NCBI GenBank assembly: GCA_043228905.1
Contig: JBHGNT010000004.1
Coordinates: 18,662,001 to 18,726,000, forward strand
Source: Azolla caroliniana
Lineage: Eukaryota > Plantae > Polypodiophyta
Length of the DNA: 64,000 nt
Direction: 5' to 3'
Both the position numbers and the translations under genes were made by a program. This document shows, one piece after another, positions 12,901-23,101 of the stretch. Below the pieces are notes generated by a model, which was given only the letters and a program-made list of their open reading frames with translations, did not search any database and had not been told where the DNA came from. Each line of letters begins with the position of its first letter. Position 1 is the stretch's first letter.

Positions 12901-15216
12901 TTTCAGCTTCTTGCCGGATTCTCTTTCCACTCTCGCGTGGAGTTCTCTGAAGACGGACAACACTTGGTCCTTTGTCTTCAACGGTGCCATCCACAGCTTC
13001 CGGCTGTGATCATCAATGAATGTCACGAAGTACTGGGCTCCGCCATGTGACTTCGTTTCTACCTGACACACATCAGTGTGCACCAGCTCCAAGGGTGCGC
13101 TACGTCTCGTCGGTGGCCTTGAGTGGAAGGAGGTCCGGTTTTGCTTACCGGCCAGGCAGTCGGTGCACTTCTCCAGGTGCACATGCTTCACTGGAATAAG
13201 GTTGTCTTCTGCAAGCCTCTTCATCCCCTTCTCACTCATGTGGCACAGTCTTTTGTGCCACAGCTCACCGGCAGTGTCGGCTGCTACATTCAGCTCTTCC
13301 AGACATAACCGGGCATTCATCAGGTACAGAGTGTTGACCTTCCGGGCCCGAGCCACTATCAGGCTCCCCTTGCTGAACTTCATTACGCCGTTCCGGATGC
13401 TACCCGTGTAGCCTTCATCATCTAGCCTCCCGGCCGAGATCAGGTTCAATCGGACCTCCGGAACGTGTCGCACATCCTTCAACAGCATCTTGCATCCGGT
13501 TGATGTCATCAGCCACACGTCTCCTATACCGGCAATTCGGCATGTACCTTCATTTCCCATCCGGACAAAACCGTGCTCACCGGCTGTGTAGGATGAGAAG
13601 TATTTCTTCTCCGGGGTCAGGTGGAACGACGCTCCGGAATCGACCACCCAGGTCATCTCTACGCCGGCAAGGTTCAGCTCCCTCTCTTCGGTAATGAGCA
13701 TTATCTCTTCTTCACTTGCCGCGAGTGCCGTCGTTCCTTTCCGGTCCTGCCCTCGCCGATCCGGACCTCTCCGGTCCGTGGCTCCCCGGTATGCACCGTT
13801 TCTCTCCGGTGACTTCTTCGAATCGGTGTCGTCGGCTCCGTTGTCCTTTCGGTAATGCCGACAATTCTTCCGGAAGTGCCCCGGCTTCCCACAGTGGAAG
13901 CAAATGGGTCTTCCTCTTGACTGCGACCGGGTCCCCGACTTCTCCCGTCTTTGCGGACTCCGGTTCCAGTGTCTTCCCCGTTCCGATTCGGTAAGCAGCG
14001 CCTTCGAGTCGGAGGCCGGTTCTTTATCTCTCCGACGCGCTTCTTCATTTAGAATACTTGTCTTTACCGTTTGTAGGGACAAGTTGTCTTCCGTGCAGGA
14101 GGTGCTGAGAGTCACCACCAAGTTCTCCCAGCTGTCCGGCAATGTACACATCAGGATGATGGCTTGCATTGCATCCTCCAACGGGAACTTGATCGCCGCA
14201 AGCTGGTTCACGAATCCCATGAACGTGCTTACGTGTTCCACCATACTCTCGCCGTCCCGGTACTTGAGGTTCACTATCTTTCTCATCAGGGAGGTCCGGT
14301 TCAACGCATTCTTCCTCTCATAGAGGCCCGACAGCTTCTTCCACATCTCATAGGCGTTCGTATCGTTCGCCACATGTTGCAGGACACTTACATCGACATA
14401 TTGCCGGATCGTCGCTACTGCTTTCCGGTTCAGGAGCTTCCACTCCGACTCAAGTACTCCCTTCGGTATTTCCGACCTGTCAATCGGTTCGTACAGGTCC
14501 CGAACAATCAGAAGATCCTCCATCTTGATCTTCCAGTCGGCGTAATTCTGCGCATTCAGCACCATCATTCCCGGCTGCCCGCTACCGCCGCCTTCCATCT
14601 TCTGTGTTATCGTCGCTCTGATACCACTTTATTGAAATTCCGTGCTCGGCCACAACCGAGGAACAGGATCGATTCACAGAAAACGGGAAATACAACAATG
14701 CACGAAAGACAATAGAGAGAAAGGTACACTGGATGTTTTACGTGGAAAACCCTAAATGGGAAAAACCACGGGAGCCTCAAACTCCAACTATCACTATGAA
14801 CAGGGATGTACACTGGTGAAGCTACAAGGCAACAACCTTGAGCTCGCTGTCTTCGCCACAGGCGGCGGCAATACACAGAGGCAACGACCTCTTCGTCTCT
14901 CTCTCTCTCTCTCTCTCGGCTGCTCTCACTTTGCATGAAAATTAAGCAACAACCTCGTAAAACTGTTTGCCCTAAGTCACATTTATACATATATGACTTT
15001 CGGGATATTTACAAATATAGCCCTGCATCCGGATCTCTCTCTCCGGGTACATTCGTCATCCGGCTCCGTAGCCGGGGTCTTCATCATCCGGATCCGTATC
15101 CGGGTACTCTTCATCCGGCTTCATGCCGGGTACTCTTCATCCGGTTCCGTAACCGCAACCGGGCTTGCCGTCATTCATCTCCGGACATCCCATCCGGAGG
15201 GACCGTAATCCCAACA
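9925..15216 (-). mobile_element. Intact young Ty1/copia element D (Tnt1/Tork-like) nested in B
   Basis: 587-bp LTRs 9925-10511 and 14630-15216 with about 2 differences seen by eye; perfect TSD aactc (9920-9924, 15217-15221); PBS tggtatcagagc 14615-14626; PPT aagggggagtt 10512-10522. Confidence 0.97.
10522..14598 (-). CDS. Gag-Pol polyprotein of element D, 1358 aa, uninterrupted
   Basis: gag, CCHC knuckle (CFHCGKPGHFRKNC), protease (VDSGAS), GAG-pre-integrase, rve (TDVC, FIDD, RADNGGEY, AERMNRT), RT (QMDVKTAFL, LYVDDML) and RNaseH (DSDM, TEAEY, RTKHI) in copia domain order. Confidence 0.97.
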   Translation of the reverse strand: MEGGGSGQPGMMVLNAQNYADWKIKMEDLLIVRDLYEPIDRSEIPKGVLESEWKLLNRKAVATIRQYVDVSVLQHVANDTNAYEMWKKLSGLYERKNALNRTSLMRKIVNLKYRDGESMVEHVSTFMGFVNQLAAIKFPLEDAMQAIILMCTLPDSWENLVVTLSTSCTEDNLSLQTVKTSILNEEARRRDKEPASDSKALLTESERGRHWNRSPQRREKSGTRSQSRGRPICFHCGKPGHFRKNCRHYRKDNGADDTDSKKSPERNGAYRGATDRRGPDRRGQDRKGTTALAASEEEIMLITEERELNLAGVEMTWVVDSGASFHLTPEKKYFSSYTAGEHGFVRMGNEGTCRIAGIGDVWLMTSTGCKMLLKDVRHVPEVRLNLISAGRLDDEGYTGSIRNGVMKFSKGSLIVARARKVNTLYLMNARLCLEELNVAADTAGELWHKRLCHMSEKGMKRLAEDNLIPVKHVHLEKCTDCLAGKQNRTSFHSRPPTRRSAPLELVHTDVCQVETKSHGGAQYFVTFIDDHSRKLWMAPLKTKDQVLSVFRELHARVERESGKKLKAIRADNGGEYRGQFQEYCRSKGIRLEFTVPKTPELNGLAERMNRTIMERVRSMLAHAKLPKGFWAEAMSTATYVINRSPSVPLDGDTPQKVWTGKEVSYRHLKVFGCLTYVHVAKDRRGKLDPKTRPCIFLGYGDDEFGYRVWDPVDKKIFRSRDIIFMEDKTLADWESEKKMKSSKSTGEDKLYEEQSRPARDRLTLEDPAEDGEETEPAEEDENDTGTGPDPEMDSDEEEESEEPVTEAPERRYPLRERRAPRRFPEPEHVLLTDEGEPESFEEAKHDTQSRRWLSAMQEEMDSLHENHTYELVELPKGKRALRNKWVFKLKPGDAGNPQRYKARIVVKGFQQKKGVDFDEIFAPVVKMTSIRTVLSIAASMDLEVEQMDVKTAFLHGDLDEEIYMQQPEGFEKKGKEHLVCRLKKSLYGLKQAPRQWYRKFDSFMTDEGYLKTQSDHCVFVKKFEGGDFLILLLYVDDMLIVGRDQVKIRMLKKALHQTFSMKDLGPARKILGMHIIRDRKKKQLWLSQEKYVTKVLHRFNMSEARPVGSTLPANCKLSSKQSPKTKAEKEDMMKVPYASAVGSLMYAMVCTRPDIGYAVGVVSRYMSNPGKEHWNAVKWTLRYLKGTANVCLRFGSGKPQLDGFTDSDMSADADTSRSTSGYVMTYAGGAVSWQSRLQKTVALSTTEAEYMAAVEAGKEIIWMKDFIRELGIQQEEYRLYCDSQSAIHLAKNAAYHSRTKHIQRRYHWIRERIEDEEFVLTKIHTDENGSDMLTKVLTPDKLEACRKRIGLERHPMPK

Positions 15217-16905
15217 AACTCGATCAACTTGTTTCAACTCGAATGTTGGGAGTCCGATGACGACTCCCTCGGTTTGCATCGCTCGAAGCCGTTGGAGGTT
15301 TATGTGGCCGATTCTCTTGTGCCACAACTCGATGCTTGTCTCGGTTTTGAGACTTTTAGCGTACATTGCCGATTTCACCTCGTTCGAATCGAGGATGAAC
15401 ATTCGGCCATCTCTCCACCCCTTCGTTATGAGTCGGCCATCTTTCTCAATGAAACAACCTTCGTTGTTGAAGCGGATTTGCATGCCTTGCTCCACGATTT
15501 GGCCGACTGAGACCAAATTCTTCGTTATTGTGGGCATGTGCAAGACATTCTTGATGCAAGTTTGTTCTACTTCTTTCCCGATTGGGACATTGCCGATGTG
15601 TTGAATGGGGTGTGTGGTGTCGTCTCCCGTCTCTATGAAGCCGGGTCGGTCCGATGTACGAAAGTCACGAAACCACTCTTTGTGAGATGTCATGTGATGT
15701 GAGGCGCCAAAGTCAACGAACCACACGTCTTCCGAGTTGGAGGTGCTTGCGGAGTTGGAGTCCGTCATAGAGTTCGCTTTATGCCTCATTACAAACATTC
15801 TGCCACGGTCTTCGTAGTCGGAATTTGGGGCGTAATTTGTAAACATTTCACTACGATCATCATAGTCAGAATTCGACGCGTTATTCATGAACATTCTGCT
15901 ACGGTTGTCTTGGTCGGAGTTCGATGCGTAGTTTGTGAGGTATCGACTTGTTGAAGCCGACTCACTTCTCTTTTTCCGACACTCCGTCTCGTAGTGGCCG
16001 ATTTTGCCGCAATAATTGCAAGTTGCGGGCCTCATTTGCCAACCATGTTCGGCGTGGAAGCTCCTCCTTCTTCCGAAAGTTCCTCGATGGCTTCCATGAA
16101 GGTTTGAGTTCCCTTCGTGTGATGGGTCGAATTGACCTCTTCTACCGTCGTGACCTCCTCCTCGACCACCGTCCGAATTCAAGAAGAACATTTGTCCTTC
16201 CGACGTCTTGCTTTTGGTTCGGACGTGGTTCTCTTCGACCAATAGCATTGATTGGAGGTCGAAGAATGAAGGAGGGTTTTCTCTCACCAAGATTGTCGTT
16301 TGTAATGGATCGAATCGTTGTGCGAGGCCGCCCAAGCATACTTGAATCATCTCGTCTTCGTCGACGTTTATTTTGATGGAGCCAAGCGAGTCACAAATGC
16401 TCTTGATCTTGGCGGTGTAGTCCAACACGGACATGTCTTTTTGCCGAATGTTGTTCAACTCTTGTCGGAGTTGAAGCTTTCGGGCGGTCGTGTTGGCAGC
16501 AAACATTTTCTTTAAGTTCTCCCACGCCTCTTTGGGCATCTTGGCGTCTCGAATGTGGCTAAGCATGTACTAATTAGTTGGCATTTTTCGAGTCGGGTCA
16601 ATTTTCTTGTGCGTCGTTGATGTAGCTCCAATACCCTTGGCCGACGAGGTATTGGGTCATCTTGTACTCCCAAGATGAATAATTGCTCCAGTCTAGCTTT
16701 TCACTAGGGAGCGAGCTACCCATTTGTGTGTTCATGTTGATCGTGTCTTCTCTTCTTCTTCTTTTCTTCCTTCAATCACGTGTACGTGCTACATAGCGGC
16801 ACTACGGTAGCGAATGGGCGGAATTTGCCGTCGGCATTTCGAACACACAATTACGAAGAGTTAGGTGGGGTTAGTAGATGTGCTAAACCACACGCTCTGA
16901 TACCA

Positions 16906-17349
16906 TGTTAAGAATTAGGTAAGTAATTAAGCAAGGGTTAATTAGTACCTAATTATGGGATTAAGTTAATAAGCGGAAGATTAAGTGATATGTATGTGTA
17001 TGTGTGTGAGAGGAAGAGAGAGAGAGAGAGAGATACACTTATGAATAACACAAGATGGGGGATGAGTAAGTATATTAAATTAGCATTATCATCATCAAAT
17101 ACAAAAATACCCACAATGAGGTATATATACATCTCATGTGCAAAGGTGCACATGTGTGAGTAGAATATAGGTACTAATGTGTAAGTCCTATATTAAATGT
17201 ACTTAGGAGTGGAGGATCTAGAATATCCCACTTAAGTACAAGGTCCTATTTAAGGCGTTATAGTCAACACTTCTAACTAGATTCTATCTAGGTAACTGCG
17301 AAGTTACATGGTTGACTAACTAAACTAAGTTGAGCTTGATCTCTCAACA
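16906..17349 (-). repeat. 5' LTR of element B
   Basis: TG...CA termini, adjacent to PBS 16894-16905, matches 3024-3470. Confidence 0.92.
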
Positions 17350-17354
17350 TGAAC

Positions 17355-18765
17355 AATGTTGGTTCACTTTATCCCTTATTGTCCACCAGAAAGATCACCT
17401 TTTGAATGTCACATAACAACCCATGACTTGTATTTGGCATGGTCGTTTAGGCCATGTGTCTCATAGTGGAATGGAAACGTTATCTTGTTTTGGCTACTTG
17501 CCCATGTTATCATTTTCTAATTTTTCAGTTTGTGAGCATTTGTCAATATGATAAACAAATGAGAAGTGTACATCATATTCAATCTAATTCTTCTATTCAA
17601 CCCTTGGATTTAGTTCATAAAGGTGTATGTGGCCCTATGCCTACTAGGTCATTGGGTGGAGCTTTGTATTTTGTTATATTTATTGATGATGCCACAAGAA
17701 GAGTGTGGGTGTATCCCATAAAGGGAAATAGTGATGTATACTCCACATTCCGAAAATGGCTTGCCTCATTTGAGATTGAAAAGGTAATAAAGCTTAAGGC
17801 TTTACGTTCCGATAATGGAGGTCAATATACCTCTAATGAGTTCGGGGTTTTTTACAAGTCTAAAGGCATTCATAGAGAGTACACTACCCCCTACACTCCT
17901 ATACAAAATTTTGTAGCAAAAAGGATGAATAGAGCCATCCAGGATAGAGTTGTTTCTATGTTGCATCATGCAAACCTTCCACAAGGTTTTTGGGCAGAAG
18001 CAGTTTGGACAGCAGCTCATGTTATTAATCTATCACCTAGTACTACCAACGGCTTGAAAGTGGCACAATAGTTGTGGACTGGAAATAACCCTACTATGAT
18101 CATCTTAGAGTGTTTGGATGTGAAGCATATGCTCATGTTCCAAAACAGTTAAGGCAGAAACTGGATTTCAAAAGCAAAAAATGTATTTTTCCTGGCTATG
18201 GTATCCATTGTCAGTTTGGATATCACGTATGGAACCCTGAAACGCACACTATAGTAAGAAGCAGTGATGTCGTTTTCAATGAAAAGGTCATGCATAAGCA
18301 GCCAATTAAGGAAGTAGAAGAGAGGAAAGTGGTGTTTCAAGATGTTACACCCTCTATTAGTGTGCAAAAGAATAATCCCACACCTATGTTGGACAGTCCT
18401 ACATATGTTCACCCATATGAGGATGTTTAAGATGATGACGCATGTGTACAACCTAAGAACATTCCAACTCCAGTTCAGCAACCAATGAGATGATCTACTC
18501 GTGTCTCTAGGCCACCTACTAGGCTCACGGACTATGTGATGTTAACTTATGCAGGTGAACCCTCTTGCTATAAGGAAGCTATGTTGGCTAGTGATCATGT
18601 TAAATGGGAGCATGCCATGCAAAGTGAATTGGATAGTATTCATAAGTCTAATGGAACTTGGGATTTAATACTTTTGTCAAAGGATAGGAAAGCATTACCA
18701 TGCAAGTGGGTCAACAAATACAAATATACATTTGATAAGACTTCTCCAATGTACAAAGCATGTTT
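17355..18765 (+). pseudogene. Element A integrase and start of RT, degenerate
   Basis: ORFs 17454-18071 (FIDDATRRVWVY, LRSDNGGQY, FWAEAV), 18110-18430 (SKKCIFPGY) and 18536-18817 (GTWDL...KALPCKWV...YKACL). Confidence 0.88.
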
Positions 18766-18950
18766 GATAAGACTATTGGTGAGGGGGGGGGGGGGGGGGG
18801 GGGGACTTCTCTACTGAAAAGTAGTGCAGAACTATTGTCGCCCTTGTCTATGTGTGTTTTGCTCTCTTAGAGTTTCTCCTCTTCATTTGTTGTCTGTGCA
18901 TTTAGGCCCTTGAGAAGAATTGTGGTTCTCTGCTCCACCGACTTACAACA
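18765..18950 (+). repeat. 3' LTR of element A (shortened, contains poly-G run)
   Basis: Homologous to ~785-929; ends ...acttacaaca. Confidence 0.7.
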
Positions 18951-20079
18951 AAGACAAGCAATGAACGAGATGAGAGTTGAAAGGAGGGAGGAGAATTGTA
19001 AGAATCAAGGGATGGACAAGCAAGATGGGAGAGGAATAGAAGTATCAAATGAGAGTCGAGAGGCAAGCAATGAGGGATATGATAGATGAGGGTTGATGAC
19101 CAAAAACATGGAATGGTTATGGGCTCAAGGAGATAGAAAATACGTAATTCCAAAAGAGTAAATCAAATCTAATGTAGGCGATACAAAATACAAATCCAAA
19201 ACATATGTTAAACACTTTCACCCTATAAAGTGGACATTGGGGAGGAATTGGAAAAGTGAAAACATTGCTCATCCAATAGCACTATTGGTCAATGCAACTA
19301 TCAAGCAATTCCCCCATAGTGTGTGATGGTTTTGGAAGCACACGATGCCCACTAAAATAGACACTATTAATAGAGTATAGTAATTTGTCACTGAAAGGAA
19401 GAAACTTGAGATGCATCATTTACCAATCCATGCTTGGAATTCTAGCTACAAAATACACAAAACAAAATGACATAATTTTCTCCTCTTTCTTTTCGGTCCA
19501 TTGAAACACAAAATAGTTATAACAATGTGTTACTCATTTTCTAATATAATGTTGTTCTTCATGCTCAAAAAAAGATTAACCAATTCTTTAATATTTACTT
19601 TAATCTCTGTGGAGTTTGGGTATACTAGATGGCTTTAAATGATAAACTCTACGTAATGGTGTGCACTCCAATTATGCTTTCTTCCACAAACAAATCTATA
19701 AACCTTTGCTAAGAAATATAATAACTTCTTAAACTTCAGATGTGGACGTAGCCAACCTCATGCTCCATTACTCTTCTTTGTTTGGTATACCTAGGGAATG
19801 TGATACTTCTCGTCAACAAAATGAATTTGGTTATAAATCGTTACATTATTTATTTTTTGTTTGCTTACTTTTCATTTATGAAGAGAATTCCCTTATAATC
19901 AGTATATAATTCCTCTATTTCTTCCGTTCATATTCTAGACATTACAATTGTATTGAAGAATTCTTAACATGTATGAATGAAAAAGATGTCCCCAAATCTT
20001 GAACAACAAAAGAAAATGTGTTTTTTAAATGCCCCTTTTTTACATGCTCTTGTGGACGATATAAGGCATACATGATAAG

Positions 20080-20081
<2 letters not shown>

Positions 20082-20163
<82 letters not shown>

Positions 20164-20260
20164 GAGAAAACACACAATTATATTAATAAATGTGTGTAAA
20201 AAACACTACATGCTTACAATGAGCGTGACAATGGAGTATGGTCACCCACTAACTACACTA
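20082..20260 (-). mobile_element. Short LINE-like 3'-end remnant with (GA)n tract
   Basis: Minus strand ttaatataattgtgtgttttctccaaa(ga)n resembles 51637-51678; (CT)n on plus strand at 20082-20160. Confidence 0.5.
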
Positions 20261-20363
20261 CACTACATGGATAGTGGAACGTGTTGAATTGCCAATAGGC
20301 AAGACGAACACTGCACCGAGGAAAGAATTTCCACTTGCTCCAATAAAGAAAATTGTCACATTA

Positions 20364-20365
<2 letters not shown>

Positions 20366-20419
<54 letters not shown>

Positions 20420-20600
20420 AAAGCACATAATTATATTAATTGTATGTAAAATCCACAAGTTACAACACTTCTTAGACTACTCTACCTATCTATCCTATGT
20501 AGGGAAAGGGACATCCTTTAATGCCTTTAGAAAACTTGAATATGCATTTGAGGAAATGATCCCCGCATGCTCTAACATTCGGAAATCCCACATAAGATTC
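20366..20600 (-). mobile_element. 3' fragment of the same LINE family as 50419-51678, followed by (GA)n
   Basis: Reverse complement of 20417-20597 aligns to ~51478-51662 (gttagagcatg.ggggatcatttcctcaaatgcatattc ... ggattttacatacaattaatataatt.tgtgcttt). Confidence 0.8.
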
Positions 20601-20894
20601 TTTTTTTGTAGAGAGAAAACATGGAAAAAAAATTATTACTAGATCATCAATCTAATGGACTTATTTTGTTACATAATTTACTTTTTTCTATCTCCCCTTT
20701 TCAGGTATAAGAGTATGAGAGAGGAAACATAAATCTTTTCTTCTTCAAATCCCTATTCGTGTCCACATAAGATTCTCTTGAACTATTTTTTATCTTATTT
20801 TGATTTTTTTACTTTCAATGAATGGGTGAATATCCCATTTTTTGTAAACCATTTGTCTCATGGGCCAAATTTGGCCTTAGAAGACATTAATATT

Positions 20895-20943
<49 letters not shown>

Positions 20944-20953
20944 AGATGATAAG

Positions 20954-21200
20954 CATGTTTATCCACTATTCAAAACCTCGTGATCTCCACTGTTTTCATG
21001 CCTTGTTGTATAGTGAGGGTAATGTGGACCCACCATAGGAAACATGAACGCTTATCCATTATTCAACATCTCGTGATCTCCATTGGTTTCACGCTTTTTT
21101 GTGCAGTAAGGGACATGTGGACCACATCATAGATAAACATGACACCATCATTTGTTGTGTAGTGGGGATTATGTGGACCACACCATGGACAAACATGAAA
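20954..21200. repeat. Degenerate ~93-bp tandem repeat (2 copies plus a partial)
   Basis: ttatcca.tattcaa.a.ctcgtgatctcca...atgtggacc...catag..aaacatga recurs at ~20959, ~21052 and partly ~21150. Confidence 0.7.
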
Positions 21201-21595
21201 CCATTTGCAATGGAGGCATGACAATGATGGCTTTCATGTCAAGGTTTATTCTTTTTCGACCTCTCCTATTTGGCTTTGACTTGCAATATAGATTTTACTA
21301 TCACCATACAATCAAATAATAGGACATTTTGTAGTTTTGGAGTCTTCATCTTTAGATTGTGTCAAGATATAGAATGAATAGTAGTTGCAAGTGTTATACT
21401 ATTATACCGGGCACCCAAAATCTAGAAAAAATGGGTTTCTAATTTTGTGGTTAGGACAACCATGAGACTATATATCAATTTCAATATTTACATAAATTAC
21501 CACTTTGACAATTTGAACGTTGCTTTCTTGAGTGACAAATGTTCTGAAAATAATTGTGTTGTTTCAACAATTGGATTCAACAAATAGATGCACGA

Positions 21596-23101
21596 TTACC
21601 TAAAATGATAATCTTTACGATAAGCAGATCGTGTGCGGTACATGTATTCAAGTGTGGAGGATGGCCAAATGGCACCGGCTTTGCTAGTGCTAGGATTAAT
21701 ATACCAACTATTGCAACCCCCATTGTGCCACACTGTATGGGGAAATCGTTTTACGAAGAAATCTTCGAAATGTTTTTGGGTGGAGGCTCTAAGCTCCAAG
21801 GCACGAGCTGGTGGTTCGATGAGACGCATACAACTTATGATATATCGAGCTTGTGCTTCAATCATTAGTATTTGGGACGTATGTCCAACCCCAGTGTTAG
21901 GGCCTAAGAGCATGAAAAAGTTTGGGAAGCCATGTGTGGTGATACCGAGGAAGGAGGCCGTAGAAGAAGCAAGGTTGGCATTGTGGCGCCCGACAATAGG
22001 GAAACATGGGGTCCAAATGTTGAAACCAGTGGCATAAATGATAACATCTACGTCGACATGTTGTGGCGGGTGGGACAATGTTGGGTGGGAGAGAACTATA
22101 CTCCTAGGGAGAACTTGGACAAGGGAGCCTTGTAGGAGCTCAACATGGGGAAGTGTGAGACATGGGTAGAAAGTGTTGGAGAAGAGGACGCGTTTGCAAC
22201 CGAGGTCGTAGGACGGGAGGAGGGCGGCTCGGAGGGAAGGATCGGCGATGGAGCGGTGGAGGTGCCGTGTGGCGCGAGAGGTGGCCAATGCGGCCATGAA
22301 TGGGCGAAGGGGACCACCCCACAAAGCCAACCCGAGGGCGAATTCGATGAGGATGAATAGGGCCCAGCGGACAAGAGAGAGGAAGATGGGGACACGGGCT
22401 AGGAGGTATCGGAGGGGGCGGGGGACGGTGATGTCGGCGTGACGGGGGAGGATCCACGAGGGGGTGCGCTGGCAAACATAGAGTTTCTTGGCGACTTTGG
22501 CGACTTCAGGCACGATCTGGATGGCACTTGCGCCCGTGCCCACGACGGCCACAGTGAGGCCGCGGACGATATCGAGGCCACGGTCAGCCGGCCATTGGCT
22601 CGAGTGGAAGGAGGGGCCCTCGAAGCAATTCTCGGTAAGGGGGGGGGAGCGGGGTATGCCGAAGGCACCCGTGGCGCGGACAAGGAACTGGGCCTCAAAG
22701 AGGCTCAATTGGTGGGTGGTGGTCCCTGGGCTGGGAGCCGCCTGCACGTGCCACGTGGATGTGGCGTCGTGCCACGTGGCGGAGAGGACGTGGGTGTGGA
22801 AGCGGACATGTGGCAGGACGCCGTGGTGGGCGGCGGTGTGGTGGAGGTAGGCTTGGATGTGGCGGCGGTGGGCGAAGGAGTGGGTCCACCAAGGGTTGGG
22901 ATGGAAGGAGAAGGAGTAGAGGTGGGAGGGCACGTCGCAACGGCAGCCCGGGTACGCATTCACCGACCATGTGCCGCCAACCACGCCCGATTTCTCCACC
23001 ACCACCAACGATGTCCGCCCGGCCTCCAGGAGCTTGGCCGCCATACAGATGCCCGATATCCCCGCCCCTACTATCACCGTCTCCACTCTCTCTCTCTCCA
23101 T
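21596..23101 (-). CDS. Type I Baeyer-Villiger monooxygenase (class B flavoprotein, FAD/NADPH), intronless, 501 aa
   Basis: GAGISG FAD Rossmann motif; GGTWSVNAYPGCRCD and FEGPSFHSSQWP BVMO fingerprints; GTGASAIQ NADPH Rossmann motif; GCKR, YATGF and W.NGGCNSWY; single open frame. Confidence 0.92.
   Translation of the reverse strand: MERERVETVIVGAGISGICMAAKLLEAGRTSLVVVEKSGVVGGTWSVNAYPGCRCDVPSHLYSFSFHPNPWWTHSFAHRRHIQAYLHHTAAHHGVLPHVRFHTHVLSATWHDATSTWHVQAAPSPGTTTHQLSLFEAQFLVRATGAFGIPRSPPLTENCFEGPSFHSSQWPADRGLDIVRGLTVAVVGTGASAIQIVPEVAKVAKKLYVCQRTPSWILPRHADITVPRPLRYLLARVPIFLSLVRWALFILIEFALGLALWGGPLRPFMAALATSRATRHLHRSIADPSLRAALLPSYDLGCKRVLFSNTFYPCLTLPHVELLQGSLVQVLPRSIVLSHPTLSHPPQHVDVDVIIYATGFNIWTPCFPIVGRHNANLASSTASFLGITTHGFPNFFMLLGPNTGVGHTSQILMIEAQARYIISCMRLIEPPARALELRASTQKHFEDFFVKRFPHTVWHNGGCNSWYINPSTSKAGAIWPSSTLEYMYRTRSAYRKDYHFR

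Larger units (their letters stand above)
3024..17349 (-). mobile_element. Ty1/copia element B (non-autonomous, RT/RNaseH missing), inserted antisense in A and hosting C and D
   Basis: LTRs 3024-3470 and 16906-17349; PBS 16894-16905; PPT 3471-3484; TSD ggaac/tgaac (4/5). gag-PR ~16723-15222 and integrase 9924-8942 rejoin across D (ELKQVDRV|CEACQLGKQH). Confidence 0.92.
647..18950 (+). mobile_element. Ty1/copia LTR retrotransposon A (outermost, degenerate, RT/RNaseH largely deleted; hosts nested insertions)
   Basis: The LTR segment tctctactgaaa...ctccatcgacttacaata (~785-929) recurs at ~18808-18950. PBS-like tggtaacagagc at 931-942. gag/protease at ~1780-3023 (WLLDSGASFHVT) continues as integrase after 17354. 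aagaca flanks both 641-646 and 18951-18956, so the 5' boundary is tentative. Confidence 0.8.

Noticed and set aside
10537-14715. Plus-strand ORFs antisense to the element D gag-pol
   Set aside because: Shadow ORFs of a GC-rich coding strand; no independent motifs.
18781-18805. Poly-G run as a PPT or G-quadruplex element
   Set aside because: It appears to lie within the damaged 3' LTR or deletion junction, and homopolymer length is unreliable.
19942-20642. ORFs with poly-(ER) and (SL)
   Set aside because: Translations of (GA)/(CT) microsatellites.
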